A stretch of 64,000 nucleotides of DNA from Candidatus Thorarchaeota archaeon SMTZ1-45 (lineage in GTDB: Archaea > Asgardarchaeota > Thorarchaeia > Thorarchaeales > Thorarchaeaceae): contig LRSL01000081.1 in assembly GCA_001563335.1 (NCBI GenBank), positions 22,637-86,636 on the forward strand, read 5' to 3'. Numbering within the stretch: position 1 is the first letter of the stretch; each line of letters starts with the position of its first letter. Positions 37,359 to 50,000 of this stretch are shown here, one piece after another. The notes below the pieces were generated by a model. The model worked only from the letters and a program-made list of their open reading frames with translations, did no database searches and was not told the DNA's origin. Position numbers and translations under genes: made by a program.

Positions 37359-37730
37359 ATGGGTTGCAAAGCTGAAGGTGCTGCTCAAGGCTATACCATT
37401 CTAGGTGGTCTTGTTCTTCTCATTTATGCAATTCTTAGAATATATAATGCAATGAACAGCCCAGGTCCTGGTACTTTTGAAGGACTGATTGAGATTTTTC
37501 TGGGAATCATACTCATTGTTATAGTTGCTCTGGCATTTGATGCCTGTGGCTTTATATCTTGGAAGGTTCAGAAATCTGGACTTCTCCTTACAGTGTTTGG
37601 ATTCATTGCGATTGTGATAGTATCATATCCTGGAATCACATTAGACCCAATTGCATGGATGATGAGTCTGGACACACTTGCAGGCTTCATGATTCTGTTA
37701 GCTGGATTGCTTCTCATAATCAGAAGCTGA
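37359..37730 (+). CDS. Small 4-TM membrane protein
   Basis: AGGAGG RBS; four hydrophobic segments. Confidence 0.75.
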   Translation: MGCKAEGAAQGYTILGGLVLLIYAILRIYNAMNSPGPGTFEGLIEIFLGIILIVIVALAFDACGFISWKVQKSGLLLTVFGFIAIVIVSYPGITLDPIAWMMSLDTLAGFMILLAGLLLIIRS

Positions 37731-37817
37731 CATGGGTAGTGTATTCGCCTGCATCGGAAATTAGATAATGGGGACCAATTCCTCAAACGACTACTCAATC
37801 TATAGAAGGTTGATGAT

Positions 37818-39164
37818 ATGGACGACAAACACATTCAGATTCTGAAAGATCTTGGATTTGATATCGATAAAAAAATGATGACCAACGAGTATTGGAAAAG
37901 AAGAGGTGCTGAGGCTCTCGCGCTGACAACTCAGGATCGTGACGTTTATGGTTGTCTTGACCATACTGTGGGGGAAGGAGTTCGAATATTCGATATTGAA
38001 GGAACAGAATATCTGGATGTTACTGGTGGAGTAGCAGTAAGAGCACTTGGTCTTCGGTACAAACCCTATATTGATTTTGAGGCAAGTATCATTGATGTTG
38101 TTAAGGAACTACCTGGAATGGACTTTGATGGGATACCGCAGACGCTTCTTGCTGAGCGAGTTGCTGGACTAACTCCAGGTAGTCACAAGAAACGCGTTGT
38201 ATTCACAACTTCTGGTGGTCGAGCTGTCGAAGGATGCTTGAAATCTGCAATTGATCTCTCAGGGAAAAGAAGAGTCATTGGCTTCAGACCTGCATTCCAT
38301 GGTCGCACAGGATATGCTCTTGCAGTGACTGCATCAAACTCAAAACACAAGTCTGGTTTTCCTCAGGGTCTGGATGTCATTCGTGTTTCCTATCCATATT
38401 GCTACCGTTGTCCATATGGGGCAACTGAAGAAACCTGCAGTCTTGAGTGTGTTGAAGCTCTTAGATACGCGCTTCAGGTGGAAGGCAGTGACATTGCAGT
38501 TACTGTGATGGAACCACTTTGTGGTGAGGGAGGTCTCATCGTACCTCCAGCAAAAGCCATTCAAGGTATGTATGAAGTTACGCGTGAAATCGGTGCATAT
38601 TTCATGTCTGATGAGGTTCAGGCTGGAATGGGTCGGACTGGAAAATGGTGTGCGATTGAAAACCATGGAGTGGTACCTGATTATATTTCAATGGGCAAAG
38701 CAATTGGAGGTGGTTATCCTATGGGTGCGTCAATAGGTCCTGCCCCAATGTTCACAGGTGGTGCTCGTCATTCGGAAACATTCTCAGCTGAACCAAAGAT
38801 GTCTCTTCTATCTCTATGGATTATCAAAACGCTTGAAGATGGTGATTATCTCAAAAAGAATGCTGAGAATGGAGCGTATCTTTTGAAACGACTTAATGAG
38901 TTGAAAGACAAATATGATGTCGTTGGAGATGTCCGAGGAATAGGATTAATGGTCGGTATTGAGTTTGTCAAAGACAAAAAGACCAAAGAAAAAGCACCAA
39001 AGCTTCGGGATAGTGTGGTAAAGAATGCCGTTCAGCAACAGAAGTTATGGATCCTTGGTGCTGGACAGAATGTGATTAGATTTACTCCAAGCTATGTCAT
39101 CACCAAGGAACACTTAGATGACGCTGTTGACAGACTTGACAAGGCAATCGTTGTGGTAAAATAA
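37818..39164 (+). CDS. Class III PLP-dependent aminotransferase (GABA/ornithine AT-like)
   Basis: YLD.TGG, SGGRAVE, FHGRT, EP..GEGG, DEVQAGMGRTG, GKAIGGG, VGDVRG.GLM.G.E. Confidence 0.92.
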   Translation: MDDKHIQILKDLGFDIDKKMMTNEYWKRRGAEALALTTQDRDVYGCLDHTVGEGVRIFDIEGTEYLDVTGGVAVRALGLRYKPYIDFEASIIDVVKELPGMDFDGIPQTLLAERVAGLTPGSHKKRVVFTTSGGRAVEGCLKSAIDLSGKRRVIGFRPAFHGRTGYALAVTASNSKHKSGFPQGLDVIRVSYPYCYRCPYGATEETCSLECVEALRYALQVEGSDIAVTVMEPLCGEGGLIVPPAKAIQGMYEVTREIGAYFMSDEVQAGMGRTGKWCAIENHGVVPDYISMGKAIGGGYPMGASIGPAPMFTGGARHSETFSAEPKMSLLSLWIIKTLEDGDYLKKNAENGAYLLKRLNELKDKYDVVGDVRGIGLMVGIEFVKDKKTKEKAPKLRDSVVKNAVQQQKLWILGAGQNVIRFTPSYVITKEHLDDAVDRLDKAIVVVK

Positions 39165-39232
39165 TTGAGTTAAAGATAATAAAAAGGAATGCTCGCACCA
39201 ATTCATGAAATCTGGTGCAGAGCAGACTCCAA

Positions 39233-39556
39233 TTAAAGCAGCAATAGTATTGCACCAATGATGACTAGTGCACCGCCAAGACCACTTGCAAACAGGTACA
39301 TTAGAATACCCATTATCAATACTACAAGCCATTTATTGCTGAACTCTAATGCTTTGATTTTCAGGTTACCACTGTTGACTAGCGCTATCAGTGAAAACAC
39401 TATTCCTAAGATTCCTGTTATTAAGGGATCAAGTAATGTCACATATGGTAGAAACCGTAGCAAAGGATTATTCAAGATGGTTAGAATGCCTTCAATAAGG
39501 CCCAAAATTCCACCAAGGAGAATTAAAAGATCCCCAATCTTCTTCAAATCACTCAT
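39233..39556 (-). CDS. Small 4-TM membrane protein, paralog of 37359-37730
   Basis: Four hydrophobic segments; shared LGG...LI..IL and G..L.I.G..LL pattern. Confidence 0.75.
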   Translation of the reverse strand: MSDLKKIGDLLILLGGILGLIEGILTILNNPLLRFLPYVTLLDPLITGILGIVFSLIALVNSGNLKIKALEFSNKWLVVLIMGILMYLFASGLGGALVIIGAILLLL

Positions 39557-39698
39557 TTCGGATTTTTTCTCTCCTTCTACGTACATAACCCTCAGGAAGG
39601 GTTACTCGCTGCAAGAATCACTAGTATATAAGATATAAGGGTTGAAGTTATTTTCTATAATTTAGCTGGATTCAAAAATTTAAAGGTGGTCTAGAAGA

Positions 39699-41033
39699 GT
39701 GGACTTGTCGACATCAACTCATGCAGCAGCAGCTCGCGAAGACACGAGTGAGTTGATTGAGGTTGAGGGCGACATCGATCCAAGTTTTGATGTTCCAAAT
39801 CAGGGCAAGATACTCGTTATCAGTAATGACCAATCATATCTAACACATGGAATCCATAGGTTTCCTGCAAAGTTCTTTCCTGAACTGCCACGGTATTTGA
39901 TACGAAAGTATTCCAATAAATATGAGGTAGTCTTAGACCCGATGTGTGGCAGTGGCACGTCCATTTTAGAAGCAATGTTAAACAATCGGATTGCCATTGG
40001 AATTGATATAGATCCAATCGCTCACTTGATTACAAAAGTAAAGACAACACCCATCGATTCAATTAGTCTATCAGTTGCTAGGCGCATACTAATAAAGAAA
40101 ATTCAAGAACTGGAGTCAAAGTCTGATTTCCATCCCAATATTCCTGGGTTTCATTATCGAGATAACTGGTTCCGTCCTTTCGTTATACGAGAGCTGGCTA
40201 TCATCCATGATTGCATTGAGAATATTCTCTCTACTAATATGCATCAAGATGAGTGGAGAAGCATTGGTGACTTCTTCCGAGTGATTCTCTCATCTATTAT
40301 TCGGGATGTTTCAAATGCAGACCCACACTGCACACGAACAGTCCTTCGGAAAAAGGTTGTCAAAAACATCTCGCCCGGTGACGCATACTCAAAATTTACA
40401 GAACGGTTAATTCAACAGTGTGTTTCAATGTCTGACCTGTATCAAATCTCTAAGACACTAGAGATATGTGATGTTCGATTACCAATTGGAAATGCTATTG
40501 AAACAGGTCTTGATGATGATTCCGTAGATCTTGGATTAACCTCGCCGCCCTACATTAACGCTGTAGATTATCCGCGCACTCATCAGTTAGAAATGTATTG
40601 GCTTGGTCTTCTTGGAACTGGACCTTTATCGCATGTGAAACGGAAATATATTGGTACAGAAACAGTCTACAAGAATGAGTATAACACTCTAAAGACCTCA
40701 GGTTATGAAACCTTAGATCCCGTTCTTGAAGAGATCTTTAATTCTGATCCAAGACGGTCCTTTATTGTCTTCAAATTCTTTAAAGATATGCAACAACAAC
40801 TTGCTGAGATGTATAGGGTTCTAAAACCTGGGAGTATGTACTGTATCGCAATTGGTAACAATCTCATTCGCGGGGTAGAAGTACGGTCTAATAAGATTCT
40901 ATCAGAAATTGCAACTTCTGCCATAGGTTTTAGGCTAGAAAGGACTTTCTTCTCAAAGCTGATTAGACATTTCATCAGGATTCCCCGACCTGAGCGAATG
41001 ATGGGTGAATGGATTCTTATTTTAAAGAAATAA
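39699..41033 (+). CDS. Orphan N4-C/N6-A DNA methyltransferase (motif I before motif IV; SPPY suggests m4C)
   Basis: THG.H.FPAKF.P, VLDPMCGSGT, GIDIDP, TSPPY, RVLKPG. Confidence 0.88.
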   Translation: MDLSTSTHAAAAREDTSELIEVEGDIDPSFDVPNQGKILVISNDQSYLTHGIHRFPAKFFPELPRYLIRKYSNKYEVVLDPMCGSGTSILEAMLNNRIAIGIDIDPIAHLITKVKTTPIDSISLSVARRILIKKIQELESKSDFHPNIPGFHYRDNWFRPFVIRELAIIHDCIENILSTNMHQDEWRSIGDFFRVILSSIIRDVSNADPHCTRTVLRKKVVKNISPGDAYSKFTERLIQQCVSMSDLYQISKTLEICDVRLPIGNAIETGLDDDSVDLGLTSPPYINAVDYPRTHQLEMYWLGLLGTGPLSHVKRKYIGTETVYKNEYNTLKTSGYETLDPVLEEIFNSDPRRSFIVFKFFKDMQQQLAEMYRVLKPGSMYCIAIGNNLIRGVEVRSNKILSEIATSAIGFRLERTFFSKLIRHFIRIPRPERMMGEWILILKK

Positions 41034-41076
41034 TCAACCCAATATTTTGGAACCTTCTAGTATAATAATCATCATT

Positions 41077-44000
41077 TTACTCCTTTTCCAAATCTGCATC
41101 AATGCTCTTCAAGAGATCCTCGATTAATGCACTGGGAAGACCTTTTGCTTGCTTTACGATTGAATCAATTTCCTCCTCTGGCAACCCTCGCTGCTCAAGT
41201 TGCATTCGTAACTCTTCCACCTCTAATTCAGTTAATCTATCTTCAAACTCAATTTCCTCAGGTTCTTCTCTTGGTACCAGACCTTCAATTGTCTTCAGAA
41301 AATCTTCAATTTTATCCCTTTCAACTGTTTTAGCTTGCTTCATAATTGATTCAATCTCTTTCTTCGGTACTCTTTTCTTTACTAACTCGGCTCTCAATCC
41401 TTTGAGTTCCTCTTTAGAGAATGCTTTAACTTTCTTAGCACTTTTCTTCTTGGGTGGTTCTTCTGGTTCTTTAAAGAGATCGAGAGCAAGTTCCCTGGGA
41501 AGGCTTCTTGCTTGGTCAATGATTGACTTAATTTCACGATCAGTAGCATTTCGTTTAATCAGTTCAGCTCTTAATTCCTCAATCTCCTCTTCAGTTAGAT
41601 GCTCGATTGCTTTTTCAGCCTCTTCTACCTTCTCTTTTGGTTGGAAACTTTGAAGAAGCATCTCGACTATATCTTTAGGTAGGTCTCGAGCTTGGATGAT
41701 AAATGACTCAATCTCATGTTTTGGAATTCCACGTTTTTCTAGTTCAGAAGCCATTTCTTCGAGCTCAAATTCTCTCATTCTATTTTCGAAATCAATTCCT
41801 TCCTCTTCAACCACCTCGGCCTCCTCTTCAACTGCCATATAGATCTCTGGCTTTGTTGGTGGTGCAGTACCGCCAATTCTCCTTCTTCTCTCTTCAACAA
41901 CTTCTTCTATGACCTGTTCTAAGGGTTTGTTTTGAACTCCTGCAACTCTTATGACCTCCTGTCTGATTACCTCCCTCACAAAACTGGTCTGTTGACTCAT
42001 TTTCATCTTTGAAATCTCAAGTCGGAAATCATCAAGTTCCTGCTGAGTCATCCCTGTCAGAATTGATAGATCTATAATCAGCTCATCGATCTCAGGCACT
42101 TCAATTATAATGGGCTCTCCAGGCATTTGAGAGGCTTTTCTACGCAGTCCAGTTGGCTCGTATAATTCATTGAATATCTCTGCAAGGAGTGCTTGTCTTG
42201 TCTTTGCGTCTTTAGCTCGTTTTGGTACCTTTCCTCTCCTGACCTGCCGAATCTGTCCACTAATTATTCTGATTATCTTTGGCACTCTCAGAACACGTAC
42301 CCACACAAGAGAGCCAAGAATTAATATGATGATAAGAGCTCCTCCATATGTTATCATATTCTGCATAGCGATATCTTCGGGAGACGGACTAACTGGAACA
42401 GTAAATATCACTTCGTTGGCATCATAGTACGTCTTGTTGAATTTGATTGTAACCACTGCGGAACCCTGAGCTCTATGTGCAATGACTCTGAATTGATAAT
42501 ATCCTGGACGACTTGCATCAGGACCAAGATATTCAACAGTTGCAAAATCAGGATGCTGATTATCAACCACGAATGTTGCATCAGTAATCCCCTCTCCTGA
42601 GTGTCCTGGCCAAGCATCTGAATAATAAACCCAAAAGGTGGTGTTCATCCCCCAGTGAAGTGGCATTACCGAAGGTCCATCTATCTCAAGATTAGTCTGA
42701 ATTGTGATAATGGTGATCTCGAAAACAAATACTGCTGTTGTATAATTCTCAAGCATGAATCGAATATGAAATGAAACCCTCGAAAATAGATTCCAGTCAG
42801 GTGTATTGAAAACGAAGGAATAATTGCCATTTCCATGATTCGTCAAGATAAGCGGTTCTTCATAGACTCCTGGTCCAGAATAGAATGAGGTGTTGTACGA
42901 AGCATCAGGAATACCTCGTGCACTATTTGTGTCATTGTACAGCAGAGTGACTGTAAGTATATCACCATAGGGAACTCGTAGATTTGTCCATGAATCGCCT
43001 ACTCGATATAGTTCTGGGAGAAGAATGGTAATTTCAGTGGGCACAGTCGAAATATGGATTCTTATCGTTAATTCAACATCCTCATAGTTTGCCTTACGAA
43101 ATTCAATTGTGATTGTATATGTTCCTGGTCTGAGTGTTGTTGTATTGATTGGAATACCATAGACTCCACCGCCTTGATAGGATGCACTACCAAATCCACC
43201 CGCCCAAGAATAAGCGGAGAAGTCCGCCTGCATTCCCTGTGCATGAAAATCATCATAATAGGTGACATTGACCAAACCGGCCCATCCCCAAACAAATTCA
43301 GGAGATCCTGGTGATACAATTGTTGCCTCTAGATTTTTCACGAATATTGAAGTTGAATTATCGGCTCTCTCGTAGTCCAGGTTAGGTGGGTTGGCTGAGA
43401 TAATGAATGTATGAAGAGCTGCAATTCCTTGACTTGTGTTGAAGTCATAATAATAATACCCCGAGCCTCCTGTCAGAATCCCATTCACAAGTGTACCATT
43501 TGTGCCAAGCTCGGGTGAGTTCCATGTAACAACCAGACCATCCAATCCGGTTGAGAATGGATGTGTTGCGTTAAGGGCTGGAGCAAGCACATATACTCCA
43601 ATTCTGACAACCTCCGACCAATAGAAAGAGGTGTATTCATAGGTTGCAGTTACATTATCGAGCCATACCACCATCTGGATTTTTGAAATTGCCATAATCA
43701 GTGTTGCTGAGGTATCACCATAGTTTTGCTTTTCAGCGTCTATATGAATCTGGTAACTTCCAAAACCCACGCTTCCTGTTACTATCTGAAGTCTGTAATA
43801 ACCTGGTCTACTCGGTATCTCAACCAATGTAAGATTGGTCCCATAGTCCCATTCTGCTGTGAGGGTTGCTTCAGTCACAAGAGTGCTATCAAGAGAGTCT
43901 TCTATGTATACAATAATTTCCGCAGTGCTTCCATATGAAACAGTGAAGACGTATCTATTCCCTTCAGGAATTACCTCCATTGGTCTTGGCAACAATCTGA

Positions 44001-47000
44001 AAACCAACTGATAGGATGCATCAATGTAATTTGGTGCGCTACCACTAATCATAACAATAATTGTGTCAGATATACTGCCAAGACTAGTATCAAGAATAGT
44101 TGTGTAGTTGCCGGATACACCTGAGGGTACAAACGAACCAGTACCTCCAATCCAATCATACGTAATAGTTGCCACTGAAACAGTCTGATTCCGAAGAGTA
44201 TCGTTGATGGCTGCAAATATTGTAAGAGGTTCTCCCCAATATATTTCACTTGTTAGTCTAGGTCCGCTCCAAGTGACTAATAGTTCTGAAGGGACTGGGA
44301 GAAGGTTGATTTCTACATTTAATGAAGTAATTGTGTAGTGCAATAGATTCGCTTGCACATTTAGAATCTGTGAGCCATAGTCTAAATTACTAGTCTGAAG
44401 TGTTACGTTGTAGCTACCATCTCCAAAATCAACATAGGATGATGAGTCTCCCCATATTAAACCTAGAATAGCTCCTGGAAGGGGACTGTCGTTGGCATCA
44501 TAATCAACGAGGTATATAATAACCGATGTCGCGTAGCCTGCATAGTTTGTTGGCGCTATTACAGCAGAGAGTCCACCTACTCTGTTCCGTAGTCCAAACA
44601 CCACTGATGTCTGAGCCATCTCATATGGTGAAAGATTGATTGACACAATGACTGATTGCAGACCAACACTCAAAGAATCCATCATACTTAAGGTAACATT
44701 GTATTGTCCACTCCCTAGAGCTTGAGCTGACCAAGACGATGGTTCTAGCATTGTTGACGCATAAATGATAGAAATCTGTCCTAATGCTCCATTTATCGGT
44801 AAACCATGATCTGTATCAGTAAATTGAATCACAAACGAAACGTCTTCATAGAAAGCAACAACTGAAGGCGATGGCAAATCACTTGAAACAGAAGTCTGAA
44901 TTTCACGGACCCGTCCTTGTACTTCTGGCGAGACAATATTCCCATAAAACGGACTTACCAAAGCGCTCCATTGCACCTCAATTTCAAATGTAAACACACC
45001 AAGGCTGCCTAATGAAGATGTGCTGACAATAATTTTGTACTTGCCTGAATCAACACCTGTCCCTATCTGTACCCAATAGTCCACTCCTTCAACCAGACCT
45101 GGCACCTCGATACAATCTAGAATTATGGTTGCACCTTCGATTCCAGCTCCTGTTCTCTGATCTGTGTATGTCAAACTAATATTCATGAGGTCTCCATAGG
45201 GTGTTTGCTCAATTTGGTTGAAGTCAACATTTCCAACTCTACCTATAGTATTAACAAAAACTGAGGTTACATCATCCCTATAATATGGTGCTCCAGTAGT
45301 CCAATCAACCTGAATTGTTATGTTCCAATTACTCACCAAGTTTACACTTAGGACAGTGGAATTGATCTGGAGTCTGTATATTTGGCCCATCGACTGAAGG
45401 ACATATTCACCATATGATAGAAGTATTGGTCCACTGTATATTTTAACATCACTGAAAGCTACTACTACTCTCTCGCCTGTTGATATGTCTACAAATGCAA
45501 AATCCATTGTCACATTGTCAAGATACCATGTCTGCCCTGGTGGAAACACTATCTCAACATTTGATGGTCTCTCAGTAACAGGGATATTGATTGTCCTTTG
45601 AGCATCGCTGTAATGTGGTGGACCTGCAGACCAATTAGCTATAACCTGTAATGTCTTGACTCCTGGTGGTCCAAGAACTGAGCTATCTACAGAAATAGCA
45701 AATAGCCCTGCACTCACTTCGATGATATCGTAGTCAATAGTGGGTGTAAGAAGTACCAATCCATAATAGACAGAGATTGTGCCACCGGAGATTCCAGATG
45801 ATGATAGAGTATCCTTAAACAGGACTGTGAAGTTGGCGTAATCTTGGTAGCGAGTCTGAGATGGTGAAGAGATCAAGTCTAGACTAGTGTCCCGCTCACG
45901 CATTTCGAATGACACCATTATGTCATTCCATTGGTAAAATGGCACAGCATATTCAGAACTGAAATTCAACCATAGACTATAGATCTGGCTTAGCTCAAGT
46001 GCTTGGTTGTTGGTTTCAACTGTGAGAAGGTAATTCTGCTGTGATGGTCTCCAAGAACAGGTGAATAACCAATCGGTCCCATTTAGAATTTCTAGATTCG
46101 TCATGATTCCAGTACCATTTCCTATTGGGGTGAGCGTATCAAGGTCCTGATACTGTAAAACAATACTGAAAGAGCTGCCATAGGGGATGGACCCAATGGT
46201 TTCAGCTGTCAATATTGTTGCGCGGAAATCAACAGTGAAACTCTTTGTTGCACTTCTTGCTTGATAGTAGAACTGTCCAGATGATGCCTCGATTCTGAGT
46301 GAATACACACCCGGTTGGCTGAAATAGGATGTGTTCAGGTCAATTTGGTACTCTCCAGAACCTAAGTGCGTGATTTGAACATAACTGGAAGGTATCATAG
46401 TTACTCCAATGTATACCTCGATGACTGTATCTATCACAGCTTTCGAGGTTAAGCCTGCGATATCAACATAGGTCACTGTAAAGGCGGCATTATCCCCATA
46501 TGGAGTCGCAGGAGGTGTAGGATAAGTCAGGAGTGTCTGACGTTCTATCAGTGTAATCCCTATGGAACGCCCAGTGATATTTGAATAGAATGGAAGTCCA
46601 CTCCATGTGAGATTTAGAATGAGTACTCTCGCTCCTAATGGAGCACCCAACTGACTCGTGTTGAATGAAATTGTGTACAGGTCTTCAATGGCACTGTAGG
46701 TCAATGTGAAATCAAGTACATTTAGCGATAGTGTCATTGCTAAAGCATCATAAACAATAGGACTTGAGGTACCCCCAGTTGTATCTTCATACGTAAATGA
46801 AAATGTAGCGTTCTCACCAAAGGGAACATTGGTTGGAGGTATGACTGATAGTGATGCTGTTCTTGGAAGTACTCTCACAGAAATCAAATCGGTTCTATTT
46901 GTGTAAAATGGAGACACACCAGCAGACCAGTTTATGAAAACCTTCATCGAGATTATTCCAGTGCGTCCAAGAATTGAATTGTTGAAACCAATTGAATACT

Positions 47001-50000
47001 CTCCAGGTCTGCCAATACTATCTATCTCCCAGATATCCACTTGCGATAAATCAACTGTGACTCCAATGAATTCAACGCTGATGAATACGTTAAATGTATC
47101 ATTTGAAATCCCAGTTCCCATGGTGGTACTTGAATATAGGAATGAGTAGACCATATAGTCAAGACACGGAGAGGGAAGTGCCGCCTCAATCAATGTAAGG
47201 TCTGTGTCTTCACCCACAGTCTCAACTGAAACTGAGAGGTACCTGTTCTCATATTTCTGGATGCTTCCTGTCCAGTTGAAGAAAACAGTAAGTTGTTGAA
47301 CTCCAAGACCTCCAAATTGGGAAGCATCTATTGTTATCATATAATAACCAGCACTGGTGTCATTATACCACATAATTGTCAACTGGTCCGTCGCGTTCCA
47401 GACAGTGCACAGAACATTGGATGAAACTATTCCTAGTAAATGATCTCGGTCACCGTAATAGACAGAAATCTCAATTTGTCCGGATGGTGTCGTATCCTCT
47501 ACTGGCGATAAAAGACGTAATTCTGTCTTGATGGACCGAATCGTTAGAGTCACGTTGAAAGTCGCTGACTCATATTCAGCTCCAGCTGAAAAAACAAAGA
47601 CTAGAAGATAAGATGTCAAAGCATCGCTATCAAAAGTGTGAATTGTGATGCTGTAACGATTGCCGATCCAAGCTATGTCATAATGAGCTGGAGTCCAATT
47701 ACAAAGATGACTGATAGTTAAGATTGGCAAGTCATGATCCATATCTATGTAATCCACATAGAATGTTCTAGAGTCACCTACAGGTATTTCCAGAGCACCG
47801 ACAGTGGCTGTGGCAAATGTTCTGATTTGCCTAACTTGGATGTCAATTGATATTGTCTTGTTATCATAAGTCAGTGCCGAAGCTGTGAAGTTCACTGTAT
47901 AAACTCCAATACTCCATGCTGAAGTATCAAGTGTTACTCTATATCTCCCATTGCTTATTAGTTGTTGACCGAGTTTGAAAGATCCAGTGACATAGATGGT
48001 GGCTGTGTCAATTCCTAGTCCTCTATCTATATCAATAAACTCTAGGGTGACAATAGCATCTGTGTTGTAGGAAATTGTCAGAAGTGGATAATCTGGAGAA
48101 CTGAGATCACATCGTGCTTGAGTGAACTGAAAGCTGATGATGGGTGTCTGCGTATTCGAGTAATTCTCAGCAACTCCAAAGACGAGGAATATCCGAATAC
48201 CATATGACCCTCCAGGGAAGTATGATTGGTCAAGAGTTAAGACATAGTTGCCTGAACCTTGGGCTGAAAATGTCTTGATGCTGTAGAGCGTACCATTCTT
48301 GTCCCTGATACTGAAATGGCTCTGAAGAAGACCATTAACTGGCATACCATCATAGATAGAGCTTGAATCATTCACAGTCACATAGGTTGTTATTTCGAAA
48401 TCATCCCCGATTGGAAAGACATCAATGTTATCCCATGAAAGAGCTGTTGTCAGTTTTTGGATATTCAATAGTATTGCTATGGTCCCATCATAGAAGAATC
48501 TCGGAGATGTAGTGGTGAAAACTGTGATGTCAATTGTATAGATGCCCATCATCCAGTCCTGGGATTCGATAAGGATTTGAAGGGAACCGTATTCAGCAGA
48601 CCCTCCGGTCCATTCAGCTGAAACACTAGAGAGATTGCCTATAATTGCTGCATTTCCAGCATCTCGGTCCAATAGCTCAAGTGTGACAGTGACATTCGAT
48701 CCCATGGGTATGGATGAGTCATAAGTAGCTACCACAAGGGTTCTGTGTGGTCTGACAGTAACAGCGACTGTGATTGCGCTCGATTGATAGTTCGTGTCAC
48801 TAATTGTGAAATTAAACATATAGATGCCAACACTATAGGAATCGACATCGAGTTGAATCGAGTATCTCCCATCTAATAGGTCAACATACTGAAATGTTCC
48901 ATCTCCACTTAGCGTTCCACCTGATATTCCAAGACCACCATGATCAAGGTCCTGCCAGTTCAGTACAACAGTGGCATTTTTGCTCCAAGGTACGCTAACT
49001 GGATTAATCTCAACTTGAACAAGGTCTGTCTTTATGTTTCGATATAGAAAGACTACATCTACTGAGCTCTCAATCACAAAGCTTTGTGTTGGGAATGCAT
49101 TTAGTTTGAAACAATACGTTCCAATGCTAAAGCCCGTTGAATCTATGTTCACAAGATATGTTCCATTGTTGTAATCTGTGACACCACTGATTGTCCCATT
49201 CGAGGTGAAGGATGCTCCATTATAGTATGTTCCAGTGATAGCATCTCGAAGATTCACCCTGACGCTGAAATCATCACCATATGGCACTGATGCTGGAGTT
49301 CTATATGTCAAAACCGTGTTGTGTGATAGCTCCAAGTCAAAGTAAGTTGTTGCATCAATGAGGTAGGGATGACTTGAAACAATATTGAGCCTCCAATTTC
49401 CAGGTTGTCCAAGGTCCGATGTGTTCAGCGTCTTACCATAGATCCCATTACCATAATCTTCGAACTGAGCCTGTGTTTCAACACCCAAAGCGCTCCAATT
49501 CATCATAATAGTTGAACCTGTCACACTTTCAGCAGTTTCAGTATTGGTCAGTTGAACCTCAACCTCGAGAAGTTCTCCAGCAGTCCGAACTGCAACACCA
49601 TCTCCGACTGCATCAGCTGGTGACAGGAGATTCAGTGAAGAAGCATGTCTGACAGTAAACAATCTATTGTATCTTCCAACACCCTCTGGACTGGAATCTG
49701 CTGTGTTATTGAAGTCGACATAAGCATCCCAAAGACCATTGGGCCATGCACTGGTCACACTGATTCCAGTCCATTCGAACTGACCACTCCCGTCTTGACT
49801 CAAATCTTCTGTACTGTAAAAGATCTGGCCGCTTGGATCTACCAGATATAACCTCATAGCTGATCCAGGAATCACGGTGGCTGTTCCTCTGAACTTCGCC
49901 TGATCGCCTATTTGAAGTTCTACTGTATTTCCATACACACCTGCATTCACACCACACTCAAGGAGCGAAGCCTCGTTGCTCGAGAAGAACGTGAATGTCC

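Noticed and set aside
41102-41653. 183-aa plus-strand ORF and other short ORFs nested in long genes
   Set aside because: Antisense or alternate-frame shadows of well-supported CDSs
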